64,000 bases of DNA from an uncultured Candidatus Saccharibacteria bacterium (GTDB lineage: Bacteria; Patescibacteriota; Minisyncoccia; Phycocordibacterales; JACOZG01): positions 530,230 through 594,229 of the forward strand of contig OZ246403.1 of the NCBI GenBank assembly GCA_965230925.1. Direction: 5' to 3'. Within the stretch, counting starts at the first letter, position 1, and each line of letters opens with the position of its first letter. Shown here one piece after another: positions 37,642 through 47,240 of this stretch. The position numbers were made by a program, and so were the translations under genes. Under the pieces are notes generated by a model. The model was not told the origin of the DNA. It made no database searches and was given only the letters and a program-made list of their open reading frames with translations.

Positions 37642-37743
37642 GTAAATTTCTTCTCCAGTTTTGGTTATCAACAGCTTTTGTAGGTTATCATTAGTGGTGA
37701 GAGTAAAATATCTCCGTTATTAGTTAATTTTTATCAAAAATCT

Positions 37744-40074
37744 ATGGCCGGAGCCCAAAAAATTGCCAAAATTGCCAAAAATTCACTGAAAAGCGTGAAA
37801 AAGCGTGATGGAACAACAGTTCCGTTCGAAGAAGAGCGAATTGTGGTGGCGGTGGGCAAGGCGATGAAGGCTTCTGGCGAGGGCACCGAGGCGCAGGCTG
37901 CACAAGTGGCTAAGTCGGTGACTAAGGATCTTACGGCTCTGGTTAAGGAAATGGGGGCGGGCTTTATTCCGTCTGTGGAGGGGGTGCAAGATTTGGTGGA
38001 GAAGCAGCTCATTCTCCATAATTTGGTAAAAACTTCTAAGGCCTACATTCTCTATCGTCAGCGTCGCACCGATTTGCGTCAACAGATCGGCGAAGTGCCC
38101 AAAGAGGTAAGGGAACTGGTCACCGAGAGTAAGAAATATTTCCGCAATCAACTTTCCGAGTTTGTTTATTACACCACTTACTCCCGTTGGCTTGATGATA
38201 AGAATCGTCGCGAGACTTGGCTTGAGACGGTAGGTCGTTACTTGAGTTTTATGAAGGAGAATTTGGGGGACAAGTTGAAAGATAAGGAATATGCCGAGAT
38301 TCGCGAGTATATGCTGGCGATGAAAGCTCTTGGTTCGATGCGCCTTTTGCAGTTCTCGGGTAAGCCGGCAGCGCGAGATAATGTGGCCGCTTACAATTGC
38401 GCTTACACCGCCCCTTCAAGTTGGCAAGACTTTGGCGAGATTGTATATATTCTCATGCGCGGGACGGGGATTGGCTTCTCGGTGGAGGAGCAAAATATTG
38501 GTGTACTCCCCATGATTAAACGTCAGACAGGAGAGAAGGCTACCACCCATGTGATCCCCGATAGCGCCGAAGGTTGGGCAGACTCTCTGGTGCATGGGAT
38601 GAAGACTTGGGCGGCGGGGAAGGATGTTATTTTTGATTACTCGGAGTTGCGACCGCGCGGGGCACGACTCAAGACTATGGGCGGCCGCTCATCGGGGCCG
38701 GATCCACTGCGTAATTTGCTTAACTTTACTCGGGAGCGGATGCTGGCGCGCCAGGGTCGCCGCCTTAAGACTATTGATGCTCACGATATTATTTGCAAGA
38801 TCGGCGAGGTGGTGGTGGCGGGTGGGGTGCGCCGCTCGGCCCTGATCTCGCTCTCTGGTCTCGACGATGTGGAAATGCGCGAGGCCAAGAATGGCCAATT
38901 TTATCTCACGAATCCCGAGCGTTCGATGGCCAACAATTCGGTGTCTTACAATGAGAAGCCGACGATGCCGCAATTTTTGGATGAGTGGGTAAATTTGGCC
39001 AAGGCTGGTTCGGGCGAGCGGGGCATCTTCAATCGTGGTGGACTTAAATCGCAATTGCCGACGCGCCGGTGGAAAGTCTTTGAAAAAGACCTCGACACTT
39101 CGGGGACTAATCCTTGCGGCGAGATTGTGCTCAAGTCGAAGCAATTTTGTAATCTCTCGGAAGTGGTGGCGCGACCAGAAGATACGGAAGAAAGTTTGAT
39201 GGAAAAGGTGCGCATCGCGACTATTCTCGGTACTTATCAAGCGACCTTAACTCACTTCCCATATCTTTCTAAGGCTTGGAAGGAACACTGTGAGGAAGAG
39301 GCCTTGCTTGGTGTCTCGATTACCGGTCAATGGGATGCACCAGTGCTCCGCTCGCCAGCGGTGTTTCGGAAACTTAAAGAAGTGGCAATTGAGACCAATC
39401 GCAAATATGCCGAGCGTTTTGGTGTCAATCGCTCAACTTGTATTACGACAGTAAAGCCGTCGGGGAATGGTTCCCAACTTTTCGATTCATCTTCTGGGAT
39501 GCATCCGCGTCATGCGCCGTATTACATTCGTCGCGTGCGCATTGAGGGCCATAATCCCATTTTCCACATGCTTAAAGATATGGGTGTGCCCTATCATCCG
39601 GAAGTGGGTCAAGACCCCACGACTGCCACTACCTTTGTCCTCGAATTTCCTATTCATGCGCCGAAGAGTAAGGTGTATAAAGATGGCCTTACCGCTATTG
39701 AGCAACTCGAATATTGGAAAATGGTGAAAGAGAATTACACCGAACATAATCCTTCTACTACGATTTCCGTGAGTGAGGACGAGTGGCTTAAGGTGGGGAA
39801 TTGGGTTTATGAGAATTGGGAAATGATTGGTGGACTCTCCTTCCTCCCGCGCTCCAACCACGTCTATCGCCTCGCGCCGTATGAAGAAATTACCGCCGAG
39901 CAATATGAAGAACTGGTGTCCAAGTTCCCAGCCATCGATTTCTCTAAGCTCGTGCTCTACGAGAAAGAAGATGAGACAACAGTAAAGAAAGAACTTGCCT
40001 GCGTCGCCGGCGTCTGCGAAATTGATCTCCCGACAGCAGAAGCGTTGCCTACGAGCTCAAGTTCGAAATCTTAA
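37744..40074 (+). CDS. nrdJ: ribonucleoside-diphosphate/triphosphate reductase, adenosylcobalamin-dependent (class II)
   Basis: 776 aa. Carries the class II active-site motif TNPCGEIVL and RNR barrel segments (MRGTGIGFS, GGRSSGPDPL). Confidence 0.8.
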   Translation: MAGAQKIAKIAKNSLKSVKKRDGTTVPFEEERIVVAVGKAMKASGEGTEAQAAQVAKSVTKDLTALVKEMGAGFIPSVEGVQDLVEKQLILHNLVKTSKAYILYRQRRTDLRQQIGEVPKEVRELVTESKKYFRNQLSEFVYYTTYSRWLDDKNRRETWLETVGRYLSFMKENLGDKLKDKEYAEIREYMLAMKALGSMRLLQFSGKPAARDNVAAYNCAYTAPSSWQDFGEIVYILMRGTGIGFSVEEQNIGVLPMIKRQTGEKATTHVIPDSAEGWADSLVHGMKTWAAGKDVIFDYSELRPRGARLKTMGGRSSGPDPLRNLLNFTRERMLARQGRRLKTIDAHDIICKIGEVVVAGGVRRSALISLSGLDDVEMREAKNGQFYLTNPERSMANNSVSYNEKPTMPQFLDEWVNLAKAGSGERGIFNRGGLKSQLPTRRWKVFEKDLDTSGTNPCGEIVLKSKQFCNLSEVVARPEDTEESLMEKVRIATILGTYQATLTHFPYLSKAWKEHCEEEALLGVSITGQWDAPVLRSPAVFRKLKEVAIETNRKYAERFGVNRSTCITTVKPSGNGSQLFDSSSGMHPRHAPYYIRRVRIEGHNPIFHMLKDMGVPYHPEVGQDPTTATTFVLEFPIHAPKSKVYKDGLTAIEQLEYWKMVKENYTEHNPSTTISVSEDEWLKVGNWVYENWEMIGGLSFLPRSNHVYRLAPYEEITAEQYEELVSKFPAIDFSKLVLYEKEDETTVKKELACVAGVCEIDLPTAEALPTSSSSKS

Positions 40075-40109
40075 CCCTTTACTTCTGTTGTTTTGTTTGG
40101 TAAAGTAAC

Positions 40110-40470
40110 GAAGCTTGGTGCTGAGTGATTGCTCGCCAAAAGCCCTTACAGGGCATTTAGGCGGGAGGAAAGTCCGAACACTGCGAATGATCTTTTGATC
40201 AGGGAAGGGTAGAAGGTAATTCCTTTCCGTCGTGAGACGGAGATGCGAACAGAAACGCCAAAGCCGAAAGGCAGAGGGTTCCCTCGTGGAATAGTTTTGC
40301 CGCAAGGCAAGAATGAAACGGCTAAACTCTTACCTCAGTGCAAGGTCGTGCTCCGACGTTCAAACTGAAAGGTTTGAAGTTGGAGAGTGCCGCTTGATCC
40401 GTCGGGTGACCGACGAGACAGATAAATAATCACACAGAACAGAATTCGGCTTACGGGCACCAAGTTTACC
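40110..40470 (+). ncRNA. rnpB: RNase P RNA (bacterial type A-like)
   Basis: Conserved P4 strands GGAAAGUCCGAAC (40163 region) and ACAGAAUUCGGCUUAC (40437-40452). The P1 5' strand gaagcttggtgc pairs with the 3' gcaccaagttt. The 3' region agacagataaataatcac...acagaattcggcttacggg parallels E. coli gAUAGAUGAAUGACUG...ACAGAACCCGGCUUAUCGG. No credible ORF lies in this interval. Confidence 0.75.
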
Positions 40471-40540
40471 CCGACGTAACGTCGGGGCAGGAATCAAAAA
40501 TTCTCCCTTTGCGGGGGAATTTTTGTGTTATGATTATTGG
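40469..40540 (+). terminator. tandem hairpins after rnpB (accccgacg-taa-cgtcgggg; aaattctccc...gggggaattt + T-run)
   Basis: Two GC-rich stem-loops, the second followed by tttttgtgtt. Confidence 0.5.
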
Positions 40541-42692
40541 CGCCATGGCAGTTGCTAAAGCAAAGAAGGTTAAAGTTTTTCCATTCGATCTCATTGTGTC
40601 GTGGCTTGTCTTCGCGTTGCCGCTCGTTGCGCTCATTTTTTTCTTACCGCTTGGTTTACCCCTCGAGTTTAGCAAGCAGGTAATAGTTGCGGTGCTTGTT
40701 TGCCTTGGTTTTGGTCTTTTTTTTCTCGCTCGGTTGCAAGACCAAACTTTCTCTTTCCCTGGGTATCCTCTTTTGCTTGCTTTTTTTTCCGTGGTTCTTG
40801 TTTCTGCTCTTTCTGGTCTTTTTTCTTCAGCCCGCCTTCCTGCCCTTTTTGGTTTGGGTGGAGAAACTTCTACCACGATTACTTTCGCTTTTGGTTTAGT
40901 GATTACTTTTCTTACCAGTCTTTATCTTAGAGATAAGACGCGGATTTTTTGGCTTATGCTTGGTTTGCTGATTGGTTTTCTTCTTGTTTTTCTGACTCAG
41001 ATTGTTCAGTTGATCACTAGTTGGAATTTTGTCTGGATCGGTTTTTCTTATGATGCGGCCGTATTTGCTGGTTTGGCGGCCGTGCTTTCTCTCTCGGCGC
41101 TGGAACTCTGGCCACTTAAGACTTCACCCTGGCGCTGGTTTATGGTTGTTGCCCTGGTACTTTCCCTTGCATACCTTGCCCTCGCCAATCTTGTGCCCTT
41201 GTGGTTTCTGATCACGCTCGTGTCACTCATTTTGCTTGTTTATCAATTGGTGGTTTCTTCGTCATGGACGTATGGCGTTTTGCGCCCATCGTTTTTTGTC
41301 CTCGTTGTCTCTCTGCTCTTTTTTCCACTTCTTGCCTCTCATACTAATTTACTCGGTTCAAGTTTGAATTGGGTGGGAGATAAAATTGGTTGGTCGCGGC
41401 CCTTAGAAATTAAATATCCTGCCACTTCCTTGTTTGGTCAATTACCTGAGACGGTTTTGGGTACTGGGCCAAGTACTTTTACTAGAGAGTGGATCAAGGA
41501 ATCACCGACCTTGGTCAATCGCAATGATGACGGAAAGACAATTTTTCCTTGGGGTCTGGGAACTTGGTTGCGCGCTCCGCTTGAGACTGGTTGGCTTGGG
41601 GTGGTGAGCTGGCTTGCTTTTCTTGGTACCCTTTTGTTTTATGGGGCGAAGTTTCTGAACCAACTTTTTGCGGGCAAGCGTGCCCCGGGCTTCTTCCTTA
41701 TTTTTCTCGGTGCGGTGTACTTGTGGTGTCTTAATTTGTTTTATGCGCCAGGTTTTGCCCTTACTGCCTTGACCTTCACTTTCACCGGTCTTGTTGTGGC
41801 TGAGGCAGCCGGTCTCGGCTTTATCCCAAGTCTTAATTACGAAGCGAAAGGGGTTGGCCGAACGATTTTTGTCACCCTTTCGGTTCTTCTTTTGATCGCG
41901 AGTGTTTTGGGAGGATATTTTTTCCTTCAACGATTAGTCGCGCGTTATCATTTCACTCGCGCCTTGGCTTATTCGCAAGAAGCAAATCAAACCGTGGCGG
42001 TGCGGGCTGAACTTGCTCGAGCCATTGAGCTAGAAGAAAATGATTTATATCTCCGGGCCCTTACCGAGTGGGGAACCCTTCGCTTGAATGAATTACTAGC
42101 AAGTAGTGGTTTGCCAGCCGAGACTCTTCAGCAAGAGGCGAGCGCGGCCATTACCACTGCCACCACGGCGGGTCAGCAAGCTCTCGCTTATCGAGAAAGT
42201 GCTGAAAATTGGTTTACCCTCGGCTCTTTTTATGAGCGGCTTATCCCACTTGAGATTAATGGAGCTTCCGCAGAAGCGATGAAGGCTTATCAAGCGGCTC
42301 AAGCCTTGAGTCCTTACGACCCAGTAATTCGCCAGGCTGAGTCTCGTCTGGCTGAGGCTGCTGGTGACTTAAATCAAGCGGCAGCGCTCGCCGGTGATGT
42401 GGTGCGCTTGGCTCCCACAGACTTTACCGCTTGGTTCCGCTTGGGCGTTCTTGCTTACCGTTTGAATGATATGGAAACTGCTCGTTTAACTCTTGAGCGC
42501 GCGCTTGTCTTGAATCCTGGCTACGCCAATGCCCGCTACTTCCTGGGCCTTACTTACGACAAACTTGGTCTCCGTGACGCGGCCCTTGACCAATTCACAG
42601 CTGTTGAGCAGACTAATCCTGATAACCAAGACGTGAAAGCAATTTTGAACAATTTACGGTCGGGTCAGCCAGCCCTCTCTACCGGCGAGTAG
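40530..42692 (+). CDS. polytopic membrane protein with C-terminal TPR repeats (possibly O-antigen ligase/Wzy_C-like)
   Basis: About 440 aa of multiple TM helices followed by TPR-like repeats (AWFRLGVLAYRLNDMETARLTLERALVLNPGYANARYFLGLTYDKLG). Start taken at the first ATG after the rnpB terminator. The family call is tentative. Confidence 0.45.
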   Translation: MIIGAMAVAKAKKVKVFPFDLIVSWLVFALPLVALIFFLPLGLPLEFSKQVIVAVLVCLGFGLFFLARLQDQTFSFPGYPLLLAFFSVVLVSALSGLFSSARLPALFGLGGETSTTITFAFGLVITFLTSLYLRDKTRIFWLMLGLLIGFLLVFLTQIVQLITSWNFVWIGFSYDAAVFAGLAAVLSLSALELWPLKTSPWRWFMVVALVLSLAYLALANLVPLWFLITLVSLILLVYQLVVSSSWTYGVLRPSFFVLVVSLLFFPLLASHTNLLGSSLNWVGDKIGWSRPLEIKYPATSLFGQLPETVLGTGPSTFTREWIKESPTLVNRNDDGKTIFPWGLGTWLRAPLETGWLGVVSWLAFLGTLLFYGAKFLNQLFAGKRAPGFFLIFLGAVYLWCLNLFYAPGFALTALTFTFTGLVVAEAAGLGFIPSLNYEAKGVGRTIFVTLSVLLLIASVLGGYFFLQRLVARYHFTRALAYSQEANQTVAVRAELARAIELEENDLYLRALTEWGTLRLNELLASSGLPAETLQQEASAAITTATTAGQQALAYRESAENWFTLGSFYERLIPLEINGASAEAMKAYQAAQALSPYDPVIRQAESRLAEAAGDLNQAAALAGDVVRLAPTDFTAWFRLGVLAYRLNDMETARLTLERALVLNPGYANARYFLGLTYDKLGLRDAALDQFTAVEQTNPDNQDVKAILNNLRSGQPALSTGE

Positions 42693-42695
42693 GCC

Positions 42696-44372
42696 ATGGT
42701 CCAGGGCGTGATTCGACTGTTTCAGCGGGAGTTTGGCCGCCTTGAAGAGGCGGCGCTTTTGCTTGGTGCCTCGGCCCTGGTCTCTCAGCTCTTAGCTCTT
42801 GTTCGCGACCGGCTACTTGCGGCGCGTTTTGGTGCGGGGGTTGATCTTGATATTTACTATGCCGCGTTTCGCGTCCCAGACCTTATCTACGTCGCGGTGG
42901 CCTCGCTTGTTTCTCTTACGGTGGTCATTCCGGTTTTAGTTACTCATCTCGACCAAGGCAACACGGCTCGAGCGAAGCGTTTTCTCGACAGTCTCTTTAC
43001 AGTTTTTAATATTTTGATGATCGTGGTTATGGCCGTGGCTTTTCTCCTTATGCCCATTATTACTCGGTTTTCAGCGCCGGGTTTTGGTGGCCCGGCAGCG
43101 GAGGAGCTCATTCAACTTTCACGTTTACTCCTACTCTCGCCGCTTTTTCTTGGTCTTTCTAATTTATTTGCAAGTATTACCCAATCGTTTAAGAAATTCT
43201 TTGTCTATGCCTTGAGCCCGGTTTTTTATAATCTTGGGATCATTGTTGGGATTATTTTCTTCACGCCGCAATTTGGTTTGCTTGGTCTTGGTCTTGGTGT
43301 GGCGCTCGGCGCCCTGTTGCATCTTCTGGTTCAAGTGCCGGTGGTAATGAGTTTGGGCCTTACGCCGATTCCTACTTTGCGAATTGCTTGGTCTGAGGTG
43401 AAGCAGACGATGTATTTATCTCTACCAAGAACTCTCGCGCTTTCCGTACACCAATTAGTAATTTTAATCTTGGTGGGACTTGCTTCCCTTATGGCCGCAG
43501 GATCAGTCGCCGTGTTTAACTTTGCCTACAATCTCCAGTCGGTGCCTATTGCGATTGTGGGCCTCAGTTACTCGGTTGCGGCCTTTCCCACTTTAGTCCG
43601 GCAATTTCATAATGGCGACAAGAAAATATTTCTCGAGCAGGTGAGTCGCGCTGTCCGCCAGATTATGTTTTGGTCAATTCCTTTCGCCGTTCTTTTAATT
43701 GTTCTTCGAGCGCAAATTGTTCGGGTCATTCTTGGCGCTGGTGAATTTGATTGGACCGACACGCGTTTAACGGCCGCGGCGGTTGCTGTGTTCTCTCTTT
43801 CTCTCGTAGCTCAGAGTTTGGTCTTGCTCTTTGTTCGCGCTTATTATGCGGCAGGGAAAACGCGTCAACCGCTTATCATCAACTCCCTTTCTTCTCTTCT
43901 TGTTGTGATTTTTGCTGGTCTTTTGGTTTGGTGGTTTAAAGCTGATTCCGCTTTGGCCTCGCCACTCGCTCTTCTCTTGCGTCTAGGTGATGTGCCTGGA
44001 GCCGAAATGGTTATTTTACCCACCGCTTTTTCCCTTGGCCTTTTGATTAACTGGCTGGTTCTCGCACGATTCTTCCGACGCGATTTTGGCCCGCTTGCGG
44101 GGGTGGGCCGCGCCTTTTGGCAAATTGTTGTCGCCAGTTTGGCTGGCGGGGTTGCGAGTTATCTTGTTCTCAATGTTTTAGCTCCCGAGCTCGAGCAAAA
44201 CACTTTCAGTGGAATTTTTACGCAAGGTTTAGTGGCAGGGCTCGTCGGAATTGGCGTAATTGTGTTAGGGTTAAGACTGCTTGGCAACCGAGAGCTTGCT
44301 GATGTCAGCCGCGCCTTTTCTCAGCGTTTTTGGCGGACTAAGGTCATTGCTCCGGAGCCGAGTGAGATGTAA
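42696..44372 (+). CDS. murJ: lipid II flippase MurJ (MviN)
   Basis: LGASALVSQLLALVRDRLLAARFGAGVDLDIYYAAFRVPDLIY matches the MurJ N-terminal signature. 558 aa, polytopic. Confidence 0.8.
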   Translation: MVQGVIRLFQREFGRLEEAALLLGASALVSQLLALVRDRLLAARFGAGVDLDIYYAAFRVPDLIYVAVASLVSLTVVIPVLVTHLDQGNTARAKRFLDSLFTVFNILMIVVMAVAFLLMPIITRFSAPGFGGPAAEELIQLSRLLLLSPLFLGLSNLFASITQSFKKFFVYALSPVFYNLGIIVGIIFFTPQFGLLGLGLGVALGALLHLLVQVPVVMSLGLTPIPTLRIAWSEVKQTMYLSLPRTLALSVHQLVILILVGLASLMAAGSVAVFNFAYNLQSVPIAIVGLSYSVAAFPTLVRQFHNGDKKIFLEQVSRAVRQIMFWSIPFAVLLIVLRAQIVRVILGAGEFDWTDTRLTAAAVAVFSLSLVAQSLVLLFVRAYYAAGKTRQPLIINSLSSLLVVIFAGLLVWWFKADSALASPLALLLRLGDVPGAEMVILPTAFSLGLLINWLVLARFFRRDFGPLAGVGRAFWQIVVASLAGGVASYLVLNVLAPELEQNTFSGIFTQGLVAGLVGIGVIVLGLRLLGNRELADVSRAFSQRFWRTKVIAPEPSEM

Positions 44373-46132
44373 TGCCAATCAGAAATTTTTCGATTATTGC
44401 CCATATTGACCACGGCAAGTCAACGCTTGCTGACCGACTGCTAGAGGCGACCGGCGCTATTGAGAAGCGGCGGATGCGCGAGCAGTTTCTTGACATGATG
44501 GAACTCGAGCGCGAGCGCGGCATCACGATTAAGATGCAGCCGGTGCGCTTGAGTTATCAAGGTCATATTTTAAATCTCATCGACACGCCCGGCCACATCG
44601 ATTTTTCTTATGAAGTCTCGCGCGCTCTCGCGGCCGTGGAAGGAACTCTACTTTTAGTAGACGCCACGCGCGGTGTGCAGGCGCAAACCCTTTCCGTTCT
44701 CGCCATGGCCCAAGAGCTCAACCTCGTTATCATTCCGGTGATTAACAAAATTGATTTACCGGTAGCGCGGGTCGAGGAGACCAAGCAGGAAATTATTCAC
44801 TTACTTCACTGTAAGCCAGAAGACATTATTTTAGTCTCAGCAAAAACAGGGGAAGGCCTTGAAGACTTGCTTAAAGCGATTGTGGCCAAGGTTCCGGCGC
44901 CAAAAGCTGAAGTGAGTGCCGCTAGTCTTCAGGGTCTCGTTTTCGATTTTGAATATTCGCCGCATCGAGGTGTTATTGTTTATACGCGACTTTTCCAAGG
45001 GGAAATTAAACCTGGCGATGAATTAATGTTTGCCACTTCTCGCCGACGTTTTAAGGTCATTGAAGTGGGTGTGTTTCGACCGGAAAAAGTAGCTACGGAA
45101 GCATTGCGCCCGGGTGAAATTGGTTATGTGGTGACCGGGATTAAGGAGACCGGCCAAGCCAAAGTGGGTGATACCTTAGTTTCTGCTCGCGCTCCAGCAC
45201 CAGCGCTTCCCGGTTACGGTGAGGCAAGGCCAGTAGTCTGGGCGTCATTGTATCCGGAAAATCAAGATGATTTCGTAAGTTTGCGTCAGGCGCTCGGCGC
45301 GCTTCAGCTTTCTGATTCTTCCTTTTCTTTTGAAGAAGAGTCGTCTGGCGCTCTCGGCCGTGGTTTCCGAGTTGGTTTTCTGGGGATGCTTCACTTAGAG
45401 ATTATTACCGAGCGCCTGCGGCGAGAATTTAAATTACAGCTTGTTGTGACTTTGCCCTCCATTAGTTATGAGGTAAGTGGTAAACTCATTTATTCTCCAC
45501 ACCTTTTTCCCGATGATCCGAAGAGTGAAGTAATTCAAGAAACCTGGGTGAGCGCCAAAATTATTACACCACCAGATTATTTAGGAGAAATTATTAAACT
45601 TCTCAATGAGCACGAGGGTCACATTGCTGAGACCGAGAGCTGGAGCGAGACTAGAACGGTGGTCCGTGCCGAGATGCCCTTGCGGGAACTCATGCGGCAA
45701 TTCTTTGATGAATTGAAAAGCGCGACTTCAGGCTTTGCCTCGCTTACTTATGAGCCGATTGCTTGGCGACCGGCTGATGTGGTGCGACTCGATATCTTGG
45801 TGGCAGAAGAGTTGGTGCCGGCTTTTTCGCGCGTGGTGGCCAGGGCGCGACTTCAGGTAGAAGCTGAGGCTTTGGTAGAGAAATTGGCCGACCTTTTACC
45901 CCGCCAACTTTTCGTCTTGAAGATTCAAGCTAAGGCTCTCGGGCGAATTCTCTCGTCACGCTCCTTGAGCGCGCTTAAGAAAGATGTGACCGGCTATCTC
46001 TACGGTGGTGATATTACCCGCAAGCGCAAACTCTGGGAGAAGCAAAAGCGCGGTAAGAAAAAACTCCTCGAGCGAGGGAAAGTAGACATCCCACAAGATG
46101 TGTTTCTGGCGATGCTTAACTCAAGAAAATAG
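44372..46132 (+). CDS. lepA: elongation factor 4 (LepA)
   Basis: N-terminus IRNFSIIAHIDHGKSTLADRLLE, G-domain motifs DTPGH and NKID, and a LepA C-terminal domain. Confidence 0.9.
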   Translation: MPIRNFSIIAHIDHGKSTLADRLLEATGAIEKRRMREQFLDMMELERERGITIKMQPVRLSYQGHILNLIDTPGHIDFSYEVSRALAAVEGTLLLVDATRGVQAQTLSVLAMAQELNLVIIPVINKIDLPVARVEETKQEIIHLLHCKPEDIILVSAKTGEGLEDLLKAIVAKVPAPKAEVSAASLQGLVFDFEYSPHRGVIVYTRLFQGEIKPGDELMFATSRRRFKVIEVGVFRPEKVATEALRPGEIGYVVTGIKETGQAKVGDTLVSARAPAPALPGYGEARPVVWASLYPENQDDFVSLRQALGALQLSDSSFSFEEESSGALGRGFRVGFLGMLHLEIITERLRREFKLQLVVTLPSISYEVSGKLIYSPHLFPDDPKSEVIQETWVSAKIITPPDYLGEIIKLLNEHEGHIAETESWSETRTVVRAEMPLRELMRQFFDELKSATSGFASLTYEPIAWRPADVVRLDILVAEELVPAFSRVVARARLQVEAEALVEKLADLLPRQLFVLKIQAKALGRILSSRSLSALKKDVTGYLYGGDITRKRKLWEKQKRGKKKLLERGKVDIPQDVFLAMLNSRK

Positions 46133-46249
46133 GGCTGGGATATAGAGCAAAATCATTCCGGCGATCACGATAATACTGACAATGGTCCAGAAGATTTGAA
46201 GCTTCTTTTTGTGACTTTTTTGGAGTAACATGAGGAGTATTGTAAAGCA

Positions 46250-46654
46250 ATGATTAATCACTTTCAAGGGTCGAAGAAGAAGCGCTCCTGGTTTTTCTCG
46301 CCAGTGGTTTTTGTCCTCTTGTTGCTTCTCATGGTTGTTCTGTTAAAATCGGTTTGGGCGCTCTATGGCAAGAGCCAGTTGGTTGGTACCGAGCGTGGTC
46401 GAGCTTATGAAGAATGGCATGAGCTCGATCTGCGCCGGCAAGGACTTGAGGCGAAGGTGGCGAGCCTCCAGACTGATCGAGGAATTGAGGCTGAGCTTAG
46501 GGAAAAGTTCGCGATTGTGAAGCCGGGAGAGAAGGTGGTGAGCATTGTGGAAGATGAGGCGGCGCTGGAGGTGACACCCCAAACTCCCACCTGGTGGGAG
46601 AAGTTCAAAGGCGGGATTAGTTTAGTGGTAGGACGATTGCTTCCCAAGCAATAG
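46250..46654 (+). CDS. FtsB/DivIC-like septum formation initiator
   Basis: N-terminal TM, coiled coil (LDLRRQGLEAKVASLQ), and GIEAELREKFAIVKPGEKVV resembling the FtsB C-terminal motif. The last 44 nt overlap tRNA-Gly. Confidence 0.5.
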   Translation: MINHFQGSKKKRSWFFSPVVFVLLLLLMVVLLKSVWALYGKSQLVGTERGRAYEEWHELDLRRQGLEAKVASLQTDRGIEAELREKFAIVKPGEKVVSIVEDEAALEVTPQTPTWWEKFKGGISLVVGRLLPKQ

Positions 46655-46681
46655 GCGCGGGTTCGATTCCCGCATCCCGCA
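46611..46681 (+). tRNA. tRNA-Gly (anticodon CCC)
   Basis: Cloverleaf GCGGGAT-TA-GTTT-AGTGGTA-GGAC-G-ATTGC-TTCCCAA-GCAAT-AGGC-GCGGG-TTCGATT-CCCGC-ATCCCGC-A with a perfect acceptor stem. No encoded CCA. Confidence 0.75.
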
Positions 46682-46684
46682 CCC

Positions 46685-46972
46685 ATGTCAGAAACATTTA
46701 AACGTGTGCAAGAAGACTTTGTTTGCGAACACTGTGGGGTGGAAGTGCGGGGGAATGGGTATACCAATCATTGCCCCGAGTGTCTCTGGAGCAAGCATGT
46801 GGACATTAATCCAGGTGATCGCGCCGAGGGTTGTAATGGGCTCATGAAGCCAGTTAATTTAGAGCAGAAGGCGGGGGAATTTGTGATCACTCACGCCTGC
46901 GAAGGTTGTGGTAAAACGCGGCCCAATAGAGCGGCGCCGGGAGACAACCTTGCTTCGCTTCTCTCCGCTTGA
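46685..46972 (+). CDS. small zinc-ribbon protein (RNHCP-domain-like)
   Basis: 95 aa with paired Cys motifs CEHCG...NHCPEC and CEGCGK. YTNHCPEC resembles the RNHCP family signature. Starts 4 nt after tRNA-Gly. Confidence 0.45.
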   Translation: MSETFKRVQEDFVCEHCGVEVRGNGYTNHCPECLWSKHVDINPGDRAEGCNGLMKPVNLEQKAGEFVITHACEGCGKTRPNRAAPGDNLASLLSA

Positions 46973-46987
46973 TAGAATTCTGGCACT

Positions 46988-47233
46988 ATGAAAAAGGTGG
47001 TAATTTATACAACCCCAACGTGTACCTATTGCCGGATGGCAAAGCAGCTCTTCCAAGAGCACAATGTTCAGTATGAGGAATACAATGTGGCAACTGATCT
47101 AAAACGTCGGGAAGAAATGGTAAACAAGAGTAGTCAGATGGGTGTGCCGGTGATTACAATTGCCGACGATGGCCGAGAAGAAGTGATTGTGGGGTTCGAC
47201 GAGAGGCGACTCCGCAAATTGCTTGGGGTATAA
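46988..47233 (+). CDS. glutaredoxin-like protein (NrdH/Grx family)
   Basis: 81 aa. VIYTTPTCTYCRMAK carries the CxxC motif, and GVPVITI is the conserved glutaredoxin segment. Confidence 0.7.
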   Translation: MKKVVIYTTPTCTYCRMAKQLFQEHNVQYEEYNVATDLKRREEMVNKSSQMGVPVITIADDGREEVIVGFDERRLRKLLGV

Positions 47234-47240
47234 ATTTCTC

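Noticed and set aside
37642-37743. Cobalamin riboswitch or NrdR box upstream of nrdJ
   Set aside because: The leader lacks the B12-box consensus and any NrdR-type palindromes. It is mostly the duplicated 3' flank of the upstream giant gene.
38689-39240. 183-aa minus-strand ORF inside nrdJ
   Set aside because: It is antisense to the class II RNR gene.
40057-40876. Minus-strand ORFs (40057..40305, 40466..40876) and the 40509 plus-strand start across the nrdJ-membrane protein gap
   Set aside because: The region is occupied by an RNase P RNA gene and its terminator hairpins. The plus-strand membrane protein more plausibly starts at the ATG at 40530.
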